DNA from: an uncultured bacterium
GTDB lineage: Bacteria; Patescibacteriota; Dojkabacteria; J137
Direction of reading: 5' to 3'
Length of the DNA: 64,000 bases
NCBI GenBank assembly: GCA_963700155.1
Contig: OY969472.1
Location: forward strand, 66,058 to 130,057
This document shows positions 49,813 to 60,311 of the stretch, piece by piece (the first letter of the stretch is position 1; each line of letters opens with the position of its first letter). The notes below the pieces were generated by a model, which had not been told where the DNA came from, did no database searches, and saw only the letters and a program-made list of their open reading frames with translations. Position numbers and translations under genes: made by a program.

Positions 49813-50196
49813 GTGAAAGATAACCTCAAACGAAAAACTGTTTCTAATAAGGGTATTACTTTTCCTAAAGAACTTAATATTTATGAGCATAAAACAGTTA
49901 TAGATGAATCTGTTCTAAAAAATATTGAGCTTTTTATATCAATAATTTATCAACGTATCTTCGACTATAATTATGATATTCCAATCAATTTTAGAGTAAG
50001 AGCAGGACTAGCATATAGAGCTATATCTGAAAGAATGGATTTTAGTAAAGCTATTGAAATTCTCGCAGATTTTGAGGAAATTTATAAAGAGCGATATTTC
50101 GAACATCTTCGAGAAGAAGATTTAAGATTATTTAGAAAAGTACATAATTTAAAAGAGTCATATTTCAAATGCAGAGAAGCATTACAAGAATCATAA
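49813..50196 (+). CDS. hypothetical protein
   Basis: 127 aa ORF. Confidence 0.45.
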   Translation: MKDNLKRKTVSNKGITFPKELNIYEHKTVIDESVLKNIELFISIIYQRIFDYNYDIPINFRVRAGLAYRAISERMDFSKAIEILADFEEIYKERYFEHLREEDLRLFRKVHNLKESYFKCREALQES

Positions 50197-51510
50197 TCAT
50201 GGTTTATTTAAAACAGTTGTCCTTGGGAAAGGAATTGTTTCTCTAATGTGGTGAACTCCAGAAATCCATCTTACAGTTCTTTCTAATCCAATTCCAAAAC
50301 CAGAGTGAGGAACAGAACCGTATTTTCTAACATTCAAATACCATTCATAATCTTTCATATCATATTTTCTTGCAATTAATTCACTCAACAATTTCTCATA
50401 ATCATCTTCTCTTTGACTTCCGCCAATAATTTCCCTCGCTTCTTCAGGTGCTATTAAATCAGAACAAACCGCTCTTTTTAAACCTCTTTCATCAACATAA
50501 TTTTTCATGTAAAAGGCTTTTACATCAAATGGATAATCTTCAATAAATACCGGGACCTGAAAATGATTTCCTATTTCAATCTCTTCTTCTGTTGTCATAT
50601 CGTCATTATAATCAACTTTCATTCCTTTCTCTTCCAGTAGTTTTTTAGCATCATAATGTTTCATTCTTATAAAAGATTCATTAACTATCTTATCCATTAA
50701 AGAAATATCACGCTCTAAAATTTTAAGTTCAGTTTTACAATTTTCAAGAGCATCTTTAAGGATTCTTTTTACTAATCTTTCTTGTAAATCTTCATTCATT
50801 TGCTGGTCATGAAAAGCCATTTCAGCATCCATCATCCAAAACTCTGAAAGATGATTTCTTGTTTTAGATTTTTCTGCTCTAAAGACGGGACCAAAATCAT
50901 ATACCTTACCAAATCCCATAATTCCTGCTTCCGAATACAGCTGACCAGATTGCGTCAAATACATTTTGGTCCCGTAATAATCAAGATCAAAAAGTTGAGT
51001 TGTATCTTCACAAGAAGTTGGCTGTAAAATTGGAGTATCAAATCTTATAAATCCTTCTTCGGCAAAAAAGTTAGTTATCGATAAAAATACCTGATTGCGG
51101 ATTCTTAGTACTGCCCAGGGAGTTTTTGATCGCAAATAGAGATCTCTATTTTCGAACAAAAACTCCGGTCCATGATCTTTTTTGCCGATTGGATATTCTG
51201 GAGCTAAACTTACAATTTCTAAATCAGTGACTAGAATTTCATATTCATCTTTTGAAGGATGTTTTGAAACTATACCAGATACAACACAAGAAGATTCAAT
51301 TGTTACATCTTCTGATGCCTTCCAAACTTCCTCTGAAACCTTAACTTTTTCTAAAACTCCCTGTGTAAAACCTGAACCATCTCTTAGTTGCAAAAAAGCT
51401 ATCTTTCCAGAAGATCTTTTATTATATAACCATCCCAAAACTTTAACTTCTTGAGCTATTTTACCTTTTAAGGAAGTTATACTATCTACATCTTTTTCTG
51501 ATAATTTCAT
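50197..51510 (-). CDS. asnS: asparagine--tRNA ligase
   Basis: FLQLRDGSG, YLTQSGQLY, FRAEKSKTRNHLSEFWM, EIIGGSQRE, PHSGFGIGLER. Confidence 0.95.
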   Translation of the reverse strand: MKLSEKDVDSITSLKGKIAQEVKVLGWLYNKRSSGKIAFLQLRDGSGFTQGVLEKVKVSEEVWKASEDVTIESSCVVSGIVSKHPSKDEYEILVTDLEIVSLAPEYPIGKKDHGPEFLFENRDLYLRSKTPWAVLRIRNQVFLSITNFFAEEGFIRFDTPILQPTSCEDTTQLFDLDYYGTKMYLTQSGQLYSEAGIMGFGKVYDFGPVFRAEKSKTRNHLSEFWMMDAEMAFHDQQMNEDLQERLVKRILKDALENCKTELKILERDISLMDKIVNESFIRMKHYDAKKLLEEKGMKVDYNDDMTTEEEIEIGNHFQVPVFIEDYPFDVKAFYMKNYVDERGLKRAVCSDLIAPEEAREIIGGSQREDDYEKLLSELIARKYDMKDYEWYLNVRKYGSVPHSGFGIGLERTVRWISGVHHIRETIPFPRTTVLNKP

Positions 51511-51526
51511 ATTTTCTTAATAAAAT

Positions 51527-51631
51527 ATAAAAAAATCCCTTTTTAGGGATTTATTATTATTTCAACAATAATAATCCCTCCCATTAATGAGAGTTGTTAT
51601 TTTGATTATTATTGTTAGTATTTATTTTCAT
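51527..51631 (-). promoter_or_regulatory. Asn-responsive leader-peptide attenuator of asnS
   Basis: leader MKINTNNNNQNNNSH* (51631-51584), 1:2, 2:3 and 3:4 pairings, terminator AAATCCCT-AAAA-AGGGATTT+U tract. Confidence 0.85.
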
Positions 51632-51669
51632 CAAAATGATTATATCCTTACCTGTTTTAAATTTCAACC

Positions 51670-51996
51670 TTAGTTAGAAGGATAAGAAACTGGATTCTGA
51701 TTTGAATTAGAATTCTGACTATTCGAAGTTGCATTATTTCCATTACCGAATATATCTGAATTTCTTCCTTGATTAATTTCATCAATTACAACATTTACAA
51801 CATCGCCAATTAGAGGGATCTGTCTCGATCGTGAAATTATAAGTCCCAAAACACCTACTATAATAGTCGCACCAATAATTCCCCCTGCTCCCCAAGCAAG
51901 ACCACCTATTAAGTTATCAATAAAAATCTTACCTCTTGGTTTTTCTGTTACATTATTATATTTATCTTTTAATTGAAATTCTTCGTTATTACTCAT
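51670..51996 (-). CDS. DUF5665-like small membrane protein
   Basis: IFIDNLIGGLAWGAGGIIGATII...IPLIG. Confidence 0.7.
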   Translation of the reverse strand: MSNNEEFQLKDKYNNVTEKPRGKIFIDNLIGGLAWGAGGIIGATIIVGVLGLIISRSRQIPLIGDVVNVVIDEINQGRNSDIFGNGNNATSNSQNSNSNQNPVSYPSN

Positions 51997-52076
51997 ATTT
52001 GGTAGTATTTGAAAATACTACTAAGTGTATTATATTTTCTTATAGAAATAAAGAATATGGAGCTTTGATAAAACGA

Positions 52077-52292
52077 TTATATTGAAATATTTTTGTTCTT
52101 TTTAATATTAACTTTTTTAACATATCCTGTAATTGTATTTTTTAAATTGGATAAATATTCTTCTTCTAATAACTTCGGCTTTTTTATACCTTTCTTTTTT
52201 ATATTATTATTTTTTAATTTATACTTTTCTTCCAAAATATCTAGTGATGCTTTAACATCGGCAAGTTGTTTTCTACTTTTAACCTTCTGCAT
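52077..52292 (-). CDS. small basic hypothetical protein
   Basis: 71 aa Lys-rich ORF. Confidence 0.35.
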   Translation of the reverse strand: MQKVKSRKQLADVKASLDILEEKYKLKNNNIKKKGIKKPKLLEEEYLSNLKNTITGYVKKVNIKKNKNISI

Positions 52293-52398
52293 TTATTTAA
52301 TTATTAAAATTTAAGTTAGAATATAAAGTCAACAAAATTATTTAATAATAGTATAAAATTTTAGAACATCAGTAAATTAATTGTAAAAACTTTGTAAA

Positions 52399-52596
52399 AT
52401 GAAAAAAACAAATAAAACATATGCTAATAATCTAAGTGATATAAGGCATGACCTTAAAAATAGTTTAACAATAATTCAAGGATATTCCGAACTACTTTCT
52501 AAAAGAATTAAAACAGAAAAAGAAAAAAAATGGATACAAGAAATTTTAAATGAATCGAAAAAACTTTACGAAATTATTGATATTAGGATAAGATAA
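52399..52596 (+). CDS. stand-alone HisKA (DHp) domain protein
   Basis: IRHDLKNSLTIIQGYSELL H-box; no ATPase domain. Confidence 0.7.
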   Translation: MKKTNKTYANNLSDIRHDLKNSLTIIQGYSELLSKRIKTEKEKKWIQEILNESKKLYEIIDIRIR

Positions 52597-52601
52597 CTAA
52601 A

Positions 52602-53270
52602 CTATTCCTTTATTGAATAACCAAAACCTCTTGCAGAGTGTATCAGTTTTTTCTTATGACCTTTATCTATTTTTTTTCTCAAACTACTTATAAAGACATC
52701 AACAACTCTTGTCTCTATATCAGGAGCAAATACCCAAATTCTGTTTAAAATCATTTCTCTTGTTAATACCTGATTCTTGTTTAATATTAAGTATTCAAGT
52801 AATTTATATTCCCTTGGAGATAAATTTATTAATTTCCCATTTCTTGATACTTCAAATGTTTTCCTATTTAAAATAAGATCATCAAGTTTTAATTCAGAGT
52901 CATCACCTTCAGAATTTTTCAATCTAGTTCTGATTCTTGCTAAAAATTCATCAGCAACAAAAGGTTTAGAAATGTAATCATCAGCACCTAAATTAAGCAG
53001 ATTCACAACATCACTTGTTTCGTTTTTTCCAGTCAAAACTATGATAGGCAAATCCTTATGTTTTTTCCTTATTTCTTGACAAACTGATTCACCAGAAATA
53101 TCAGGTAGCTTTAAATCTAAAACTACTAAATCTGGAATTGAGGAGGATAAAATATTTAATGCCTCTGAACCATCTGAAGCTATCTTTGCATAAAAATCAT
53201 TCTCAGTAAGAAGTTCCTTTAAATAATTCTGTAATGAAACATCATCGTCAACCACAAGTATTGTTTGCAT
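52602..53270 (-). CDS. OmpR-family response regulator
   Basis: ILVVDDD, DLKLPD, GADDYISKPF, C-terminal wHTH ending RGFGY. Confidence 0.93.
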   Translation of the reverse strand: MQTILVVDDDVSLQNYLKELLTENDFYAKIASDGSEALNILSSSIPDLVVLDLKLPDISGESVCQEIRKKHKDLPIIVLTGKNETSDVVNLLNLGADDYISKPFVADEFLARIRTRLKNSEGDDSELKLDDLILNRKTFEVSRNGKLINLSPREYKLLEYLILNKNQVLTREMILNRIWVFAPDIETRVVDVFISSLRKKIDKGHKKKLIHSARGFGYSIKE

Positions 53271-53331
53271 TTTTTAGATTTCTAAAATATTTAAATTATA
53301 GACTATAATTTGTAAAATACATAACCTTGAT

Positions 53332-53709
53332 TTAATTAATTGCTTCTTTAACCTTATCTAATAATAATTCTACTTCAAAAGGTTTTTTTATATATCCACT
53401 TACATTAGCTTTTTTTGCAATTTGATCAACCTCATTTAAAGCAGAAATGAAAAGGATTGGAATCTCTCCAACTGAAACTTCCTTATTAATTTTATCTACT
53501 ACTTCCCTACCATCACAACTCTTCATCCAAAGATCAAGTAATATAAGATCTGGCTTAAAATCTTTAACTAAACTTAAAATTCTTTCACAACTAGATGTCA
53601 GTAAGGTCTTATATCCATTATCTTCAAGAATGATGCCTAAAACTTCTAAAATACTTTCTTCATCATCACACACTAGTATTTTTTTCATTTTTTTATTATT
53701 TTTTTTCAT
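53332..53709 (-). CDS. single-domain response regulator receiver
   Basis: ILVCDDE, DLILLDLWM, ISA, KKPF. Confidence 0.9.
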   Translation of the reverse strand: MKKNNKKMKKILVCDDEESILEVLGIILEDNGYKTLLTSSCERILSLVKDFKPDLILLDLWMKSCDGREVVDKINKEVSVGEIPILFISALNEVDQIAKKANVSGYIKKPFEVELLLDKVKEAIN

Positions 53710-53725
53710 AGTAAAATTTTAATAT

Positions 53726-55877
53726 TTAACTATCTTGCTGATGAGCAACTTTTTTATATAGTGGTATTGTCACATAAAATGTTGATCCTTTCCCTTTTTC
53801 GCTTTCAACTTCAATTCTACCTTGATGCTTCTTTATTATTTCTGAAGAGATATATAGTCCTAATCCAAGGCCAAAGAATCTATTTTGTTTATTTTCTTCG
53901 CTAATATAAAATCTTTTAAAAATTTTCTTTTGATCATCTTTATTTATTCCAATGCCATAATCTTTCACACTCATAACAACATTACTCTTCCCTTTCTTAA
54001 TATCAATAATAATTTTATTACTACTCGGGGAATACTTAACAGCATTATTAAGTAAATTTATAATCACTTGTTCTATTCTTCTTTTATCAGCATAAATAAA
54101 TGTTTCTATATTATTTAATTTCACTAATTTATGTGTTGGATAAGTCATTTGAAGATTTTCGATAGTATCGTTTAATAGAACATTAAAATCAAAAACTTGT
54201 TTTTCAAGAGATAATCTTCCAGCTTGAAGTCTTGAGACATCTAATAAATGACTTACTAAGATTCGTTAGGTTATCAACTTGTATATCCATTTTTTTTAAA
54301 TATGATAATGATTTTTCATCATCTTCTTTTTTAGATCTATGAATTAAAATCTGGGTGAATGCCTTTATTGTAGTAATCGGAGTCTTAAGCTCATGACTTG
54401 CAATACTCATGAACTCATCTTTTAATCTTTCTCTTTCTCGTGTTTCAGTTATATCACTCGCAATATTTATTGCAAGCTTAATTTTCTTTTGATCATCAAA
54501 AATGCCTGTTGATTTTATTTTAAGCCAACGATATTTTTTCCCCAATTTATCATATAATCTAAATGTTTTATCAACTTCTTTTTTTTCACCTTTTAAAACT
54601 TTTGTAGCTGGGAGATCTTTATTACCTGCTGTTTTACCATTCTCATCAAAAAGTTCAAATCTTGATGCTAAATTTTCTGCTAATCCTTTTGGTTCTAACT
54701 TCCATATTTCTTCAGCTGAACTATACCCCAATAATTCTGCAGCCTTATCATTTAAGAATATAGTTTTACCTTTCTCATCTTGAACTGAAATAGCATCTGC
54801 TACATTTTGAAAAATGACTTCTAGCTGATCTCTAGATTCTTTAAGTTTACGTTCATTTTGTTTTCTTTCACTAATATCCAACACATAGCTTAAATGAATT
54901 CCTTTATCATAATCAATCATTATTCTTGCAACTAATGCTTGAACTCTACTCCCATCTTTTTTTAGGTATACTTTTTCATATGTATCTGTAACACCTTTAT
55001 TCTTAAGAATTTTAGCTTGTTTATTATCAATTTCCTTATATTTTTTTGGGGTTATCTTATTCCAGTTAAGAAATCCTTTATCTAGTTCTTCTCTTGAGTA
55101 ACCAAGCATATTTAAGAAAGCAGTATTTACATCAATAATTTTCCAATTTAAATCTGCAATAACTATTCCAATTACATTTGAATTAACAAATTTCTTATAA
55201 TAAGATTCATTTTTTCTCATCACCTCCTCCCTTTCTTTAAAACTTGTTATATCTCTTAAATATAGAGCTAATCCATTATTCTGGAGAGTTGGGAAAGCAT
55301 GAATTTCGAGCCATTTATTATTATCTGGAAAGTAATTATCAAAAGAAATAGACTCATTATTTGTTAAAGCATTATTAATCATCTTAGAAAAATCAGTTTC
55401 CTTAGAATTTGGGAACAAACTCCAAAAATCTTCTCCAATAATATTACTCTTTGGAGTTTTTAGAAGTACCTCAGCTTCATGATTTAAATAAACAACCTTC
55501 CAAGCTGAATCAATACTAAGAAAAGCGTCATTAATGCTGTCCATAAGAATCTGAATTTTTTCTGAGGAGCTTTTTAAATCTGTTTTCATTTCTTCAATTT
55601 CCATTAGTTGCATTCTGCTTTTTTTTATTGCAGTATGCATATTTTCAGCCAGATAACATATAACTGTTGAAAGTATTAAAAAAATAATTAGAAGAGTAAC
55701 ATCCTCAGTAGTTGCTACCCTCAAAGAACCAACTGGAGACTGCAAAAAATAATTTATTAAGAAAGCCGAGAATAATGTAGTAATTAATCCATAATAAAAT
55801 CCTTGAAACCAAGAAGAAACAATAACACCTAATAGAAAAAACAAATATACCCCACTATTATTTGAATTACCAAACAA
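53726..55877 (-). CDS. membrane PAS/PAC sensor histidine kinase, frameshifted near 54260
   Basis: DUF4118-like TM region, three PAS domains, ASHELKTP; alternative frame reads LLDVSRLQAGRL... into the HATPase ORF 53726-54148. Confidence 0.85.
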
Positions 55878-56070
55878 TAGATACCTTAAAACAAATATGG
55901 CGAGGGCGATAAAGATCGCCCTCGCTACTTTGTAGCTAATTCTTACATATTTATTTTTGAATATTTTTGCTAGTTTTATATATAAAGTTTAATATATAAA
56001 TTCACCGAAGAATAATATTAAATTATATCATGGTAAAATTTCATAAATTTATCTTACTGACAGCTTAAAA

Positions 56071-56781
56071 ATGAATATAGTAATAAAATTTTCAAGAAAG
56101 CCTGGAGGATTCTCCGAAAAATTAGAAGAATTTGATATTTCAAAAATAGACGACTTAAATAGAGAAATATTTGAATTTATAGATCCAGAAACCAATGAAA
56201 GATTGGTTGAAAAAACTAATGCAATATTTAACTTTTTACAACAGCTTGGAATAAATCAAAAAATGATAACAGCTAAATATAGATCTAAAGATTATCAAAT
56301 TTTAGTTGAAAACAATGCAAATGTTCTTGTTATTGGTGTGAAAAAAACCACAACTGCTAAAGATTTAGATTCACTTTTTGGAGTTGAGTTCGATCCAATA
56401 GATGAATATGGCCCAATCTGTGAAATCAGAGATTTTACTTTTGTAGTTAATCCTAAATCTTCAATTGTTATAAACACTTCTAATACTCTTAGATTTTTAA
56501 ATATTATAAAAGATGACTTAGAGAAAGAAATAAAAGACAAATTGACTCATGAGATAGAGGGAAAAGAAAATGAAGCTGAAGAGTCGGATAATACACCGGA
56601 AACTAACAACACTATCGAACATAATCAAACTAGAGTTGAGAATGATTCTACAAAAAATAAGAAAAAACCTAATAGTGAGGAACCAACCAGTGAACATACA
56701 GGAAAGAATTATAGAGAAGGTGGAGAAACTCTCAGAAAGTATTTGAAAGATTTAAAACGAAGGGATCAAGATGAGCCTTAG
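56071..56781 (+). CDS. hypothetical protein
   Basis: 236 aa ORF with acidic/disordered C-terminus. Confidence 0.55.
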   Translation: MNIVIKFSRKPGGFSEKLEEFDISKIDDLNREIFEFIDPETNERLVEKTNAIFNFLQQLGINQKMITAKYRSKDYQILVENNANVLVIGVKKTTTAKDLDSLFGVEFDPIDEYGPICEIRDFTFVVNPKSSIVINTSNTLRFLNIIKDDLEKEIKDKLTHEIEGKENEAEESDNTPETNNTIEHNQTRVENDSTKNKKKPNSEEPTSEHTGKNYREGGETLRKYLKDLKRRDQDEP

Positions 56782-58185
56782 TTACTTTCTCTTCTCTATT
56801 TTTATGCCAAGTTCTTTCAACTGCTCTTCGCTAATATCACTAGGTGCATCCATTACTGAAGTTCTTCCATTGTAGGTCATAGGGAAAGCAATCGTTTCCT
56901 TTAAAGATTCTTCACCAGATAAAAGCATTATTAATCTATCAATTCCTAAAGCTATACCTCCATGTGGTGGTGTTCCGGTTTTGAAAGCTTCAATCATGTG
57001 TCCAACACTTTTTTCAATTTCATCCTCAGAATATCCCATAATTTCATACGTGGCTTTTAAAACTTCAGGATTATGAGCACGAATGCTTCCGCCACCAACT
57101 TCATATCCGTTACATACTAAGTCATATTGATTTGTAATAATTTTTTCTATATTTTCATGTTTTAAAAGCCATTCTAAATGTTCTTCAATTGGAGCACTGA
57201 ACGGATTATGTGTAAATGTCCAGCCGCTTTTGCCATCTCGAACTTCTGCTGCATCTTCTTTATCAACTTTTTTAAAGAATGGGAAATTAACAACCCAGGC
57301 AAAAGCTAAAGTCCCATCTTTCTTTTCTTCTTCACTCCGCAGATCAAATTTATCAGCTCCATACTTTTCAATTGCTTCCTGATAATTTATTACTGGGAAA
57401 GGATCTTGTTTTATTTTTCCTCCGATACTTTTAACTGAAGATTTAACAACATCTTCAACAGTTTTCATAACATCCTCTCTCGAAGGGAAACTCATCTCTA
57501 AATCCAATTGAGTAAACTCAAATCCTCTGTCAGCTCTTAGGTTTTCATCTCTGATACATTTTGCAACTTGGAAATAGTTTTCAAAACCTGCAGTCATTAA
57601 TAACTGTTTGTATTGTTGCGGGCTTTGCGGAAGTGCGTAAAACTTTCCGGGATTCATTCTTGATGGAACTACAAAGTCTCTTGCTCCTTCCATTGTTGAT
57701 TTTGTAAGCATTGGAGTTTCAATTTCTACAAAGTCTCTTTGATAAAGATTTTCCCGCAAAGCCCGCACAAATTTTGATCTTAAATTTAAGACTTTATTCA
57801 TTCGGGTTCTTCGCAAATCTAAATATCTATATCTTAACCTTGTTTCTTCTTTAATGTCATAACCATCACCTTCTACTGGGATAGGCAAAGCTTCTGCTCT
57901 ATTTAAAATTTTGTATTCTTTTACATCAACTTCGACTGTTCCTGTTTCCATATCAGGATTTATCATTTTTTCAGGTCGTTTTTTAACTTCACCAACAACT
58001 TCAATAACAGATTCTACAGTTACATCTTTCATTAACTCATATCCTACAATTTGAATTTTTCCTGTTCTATCACGTAAATCGATAAATGTTAATTTACCCA
58101 TGACTCTTACATTTTCAGCCCATCCTTGTAGTTTGATTGTTGTTCCAACTAGTTCAGTAGTTTGTTTAACTAATGTTCGTTCCAT
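56782..58185 (-). CDS. aspS: aspartate--tRNA ligase (short, lacking most of the GAD insertion)
   Basis: FIDLRDRTG, EGARDF, ALPQSPQQYKQ, EVGGGSIR, PPHGGIALGIDR. Confidence 0.95.
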   Translation of the reverse strand: MERTLVKQTTELVGTTIKLQGWAENVRVMGKLTFIDLRDRTGKIQIVGYELMKDVTVESVIEVVGEVKKRPEKMINPDMETGTVEVDVKEYKILNRAEALPIPVEGDGYDIKEETRLRYRYLDLRRTRMNKVLNLRSKFVRALRENLYQRDFVEIETPMLTKSTMEGARDFVVPSRMNPGKFYALPQSPQQYKQLLMTAGFENYFQVAKCIRDENLRADRGFEFTQLDLEMSFPSREDVMKTVEDVVKSSVKSIGGKIKQDPFPVINYQEAIEKYGADKFDLRSEEEKKDGTLAFAWVVNFPFFKKVDKEDAAEVRDGKSGWTFTHNPFSAPIEEHLEWLLKHENIEKIITNQYDLVCNGYEVGGGSIRAHNPEVLKATYEIMGYSEDEIEKSVGHMIEAFKTGTPPHGGIALGIDRLIMLLSGEESLKETIAFPMTYNGRTSVMDAPSDISEEQLKELGIKIEKRK

Positions 58186-58383
58186 TTATTTAGGTTTAAA
58201 ATTTAATTTATATTAGTAAATCTCTATTGGATTTTACATTTTTATTTGAATTATTGCACTTGGATATTTTTTAGGGTATAGAAATCTGTCAGCTTTTAGC
58301 TGACACCATCTGAAGTGTTGTTGAAAATAAAAATTCTTCTAAACATAAATTGATTATAGAACTTTCGAATCTATTTTTAAACC

Positions 58384-59694
58384 TTAATTCCCATACTTAG
58401 AAGTCATCCAAGACGCTCCTCCAACACTAGTAATATTTAAAGGAGTAACTGTCTTTGAACTTGTATCTAAATTATAAGTATCAAAAGATTTATCTATCAA
58501 ACTACCGACTCCCTCCATTGGACAATCCTCTTCATTTACACAAGCTTGAAGTTCAGTAAAAGCCAATTTAGTATCACTAATCCAAAAACCGTCTTTAGCA
58601 TTTGTTGCTACTTGAGTATTTGTATTAGTATCCAAATCATAAACGTAAACTTTATGATTTGAATTGTCACTATAAATTATCATATTTGATCCTGTTAGAA
58701 CTGATGGATTATATGAAGTTGAACTAATACCTGTAATTTGGGTTGAACTTGCATCATCCACATTATATGAATAGATCCCATTTGTCGTTGTACTGCTATT
58801 ATTATACTGTCTGTAAACTATAACTGAATCATTTAACCATTCAGGTTGTGTTGCATGTTCTATAGTCTGTGTAGTGTTTGTTGCTAAATTGTAAATATAA
58901 ACATTAAAGTCCATTGGATCACGGGGCGAGGAGGTTGAAATTTCAAACATCTTTGTCCCATCAGGTGAGAATCTAATTTTTTCACTATCTTCAACAAAAC
59001 CTCCTCGCCCATATGCTTCGATATTAATATTTTCTAAAGTTGATTCACTTCCATTATCATTAGATTTAAGTACCCATTTTGTATCAGTTGTATAAAGATA
59101 TGCGAACTTAGTGGTTGAACTAAAGCCTGATACTAATAAATAATCTGAGTTACCTAATGTTTTCTTAGATGTGACAGATCCTGAATTAACGTTTATTGTA
59201 AACACCCCACAGCCAAAATTTCCAGTAACTGTTGCACATTTGGTAAAGCCAACATTATCACCGTCAATTACCTGCAAACTTCTTATATCAATTGATGGGA
59301 GCTCTGTCCCATTCGAATCATAAGCTGGTGTGTTCTGTGGATTAGCAGGATAATTAGTTAATTCTGTACTTGTATGACTATCTACATCATAGGAATAAAT
59401 ATTGTTTCCCTGAACATAATAAATTTTATTATCTACTGCTTCTGGTTGATTAGTTTGTTGTTGTGGATTTTGATCAGTATTTGTCTGAGTATCATTTGCA
59501 GACGAACTTGGATTATTTCCTAGATTATTATTACTCGCGCTATTGCTTAGCAAAATATATAAAACTACTAAGACAATGATAATAAGACATAAAAACACCA
59601 GAGCAACTATTATTAGCAATTTTTTATTTTTACTAGATTTAGTTTGTTCGGTAGGATTTGCCGGCATTGGCGGATTTGGAAGTTCGTTGGACAT
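58384..59694 (-). CDS. membrane-anchored TolB-like beta-propeller surface protein
   Basis: TM anchor, Asn/Gln linker, FSPDG and repeated YxYDL propeller blades. Confidence 0.65.
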   Translation of the reverse strand: MSNELPNPPMPANPTEQTKSSKNKKLLIIVALVFLCLIIIVLVVLYILLSNSASNNNLGNNPSSSANDTQTNTDQNPQQQTNQPEAVDNKIYYVQGNNIYSYDVDSHTSTELTNYPANPQNTPAYDSNGTELPSIDIRSLQVIDGDNVGFTKCATVTGNFGCGVFTINVNSGSVTSKKTLGNSDYLLVSGFSSTTKFAYLYTTDTKWVLKSNDNGSESTLENINIEAYGRGGFVEDSEKIRFSPDGTKMFEISTSSPRDPMDFNVYIYNLATNTTQTIEHATQPEWLNDSVIVYRQYNNSSTTTNGIYSYNVDDASSTQITGISSTSYNPSVLTGSNMIIYSDNSNHKVYVYDLDTNTNTQVATNAKDGFWISDTKLAFTELQACVNEEDCPMEGVGSLIDKSFDTYNLDTSSKTVTPLNITSVGGASWMTSKYGN

Positions 59695-59764
59695 TTAGTG
59701 CATTTTAAGAAATGAAATACTAGTTTAGTATATCAAGTTTAAAATGAGATTTGGAAATAAAATT

Positions 59765-59836
59765 CTGAGCAGGTAGGACTCGAACCTACACTCCTCCCGT
59801 TAACAGCGGGGTGCTTTACCATTAAGCTACTGCTCA
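59765..59836 (-). tRNA. tRNA-Asn(GTT)
   Basis: TGAGCAG/CTGCTCA acceptor stem (U1-A72), anticodon loop CTGTTAA, GGTTCGAGTCC T-arm. Confidence 0.95.
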
Positions 59837-60311
59837 TCAAGACAATAGTTTTATAAATTAAATGTAAAAAAACTATATTGTCGCATTAGTCCCGATTTAT
59901 CGGGGCTCAACAAAGTATCTGTTAATTATAAACTAAATAGGTGAATCAAACCACATTTCCTGATGAAAATCTAGAAGAAAAAAAGAAACACATATGATAC
60001 AATCTACTCCCTGAAGATATAACTTTCTATATTTTTATTAGTCTCCGGTACCGGAAATTTCCGAAATAGCTTGACATAGGTTCGCGTACATATTGCGTTA
60101 CCACCTACAGTATCGCAATAACTTACCATAACTATTCCGAAAATATCTGACATAATATTAACAAGAATAAAATAACTGGTCAACGTAAATCTGAATAGAA
60201 ATTAATATACTATAAAAAGAAGTTATATATTACAAATATGTCTTCTATTTTAAATAATTATCGTGAAATAAACTATTAGCTGGAGTGTTCACTTAAAGAA
60301 AATTGAAAAAG

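Noticed and set aside
54148-54270. Split histidine kinase as two real genes
   Set aside because: The alternative frame reads continuously through the DHp-HATPase linker; a simple indel explains it
59890-60155. TCCCGATTTATCGGGG hairpin and a 49-codon minus-strand ORF upstream of tRNA-Asn
   Set aside because: The hairpin resembles stem I of the second hammerhead but has no catalytic core; the ORF has no supporting signals
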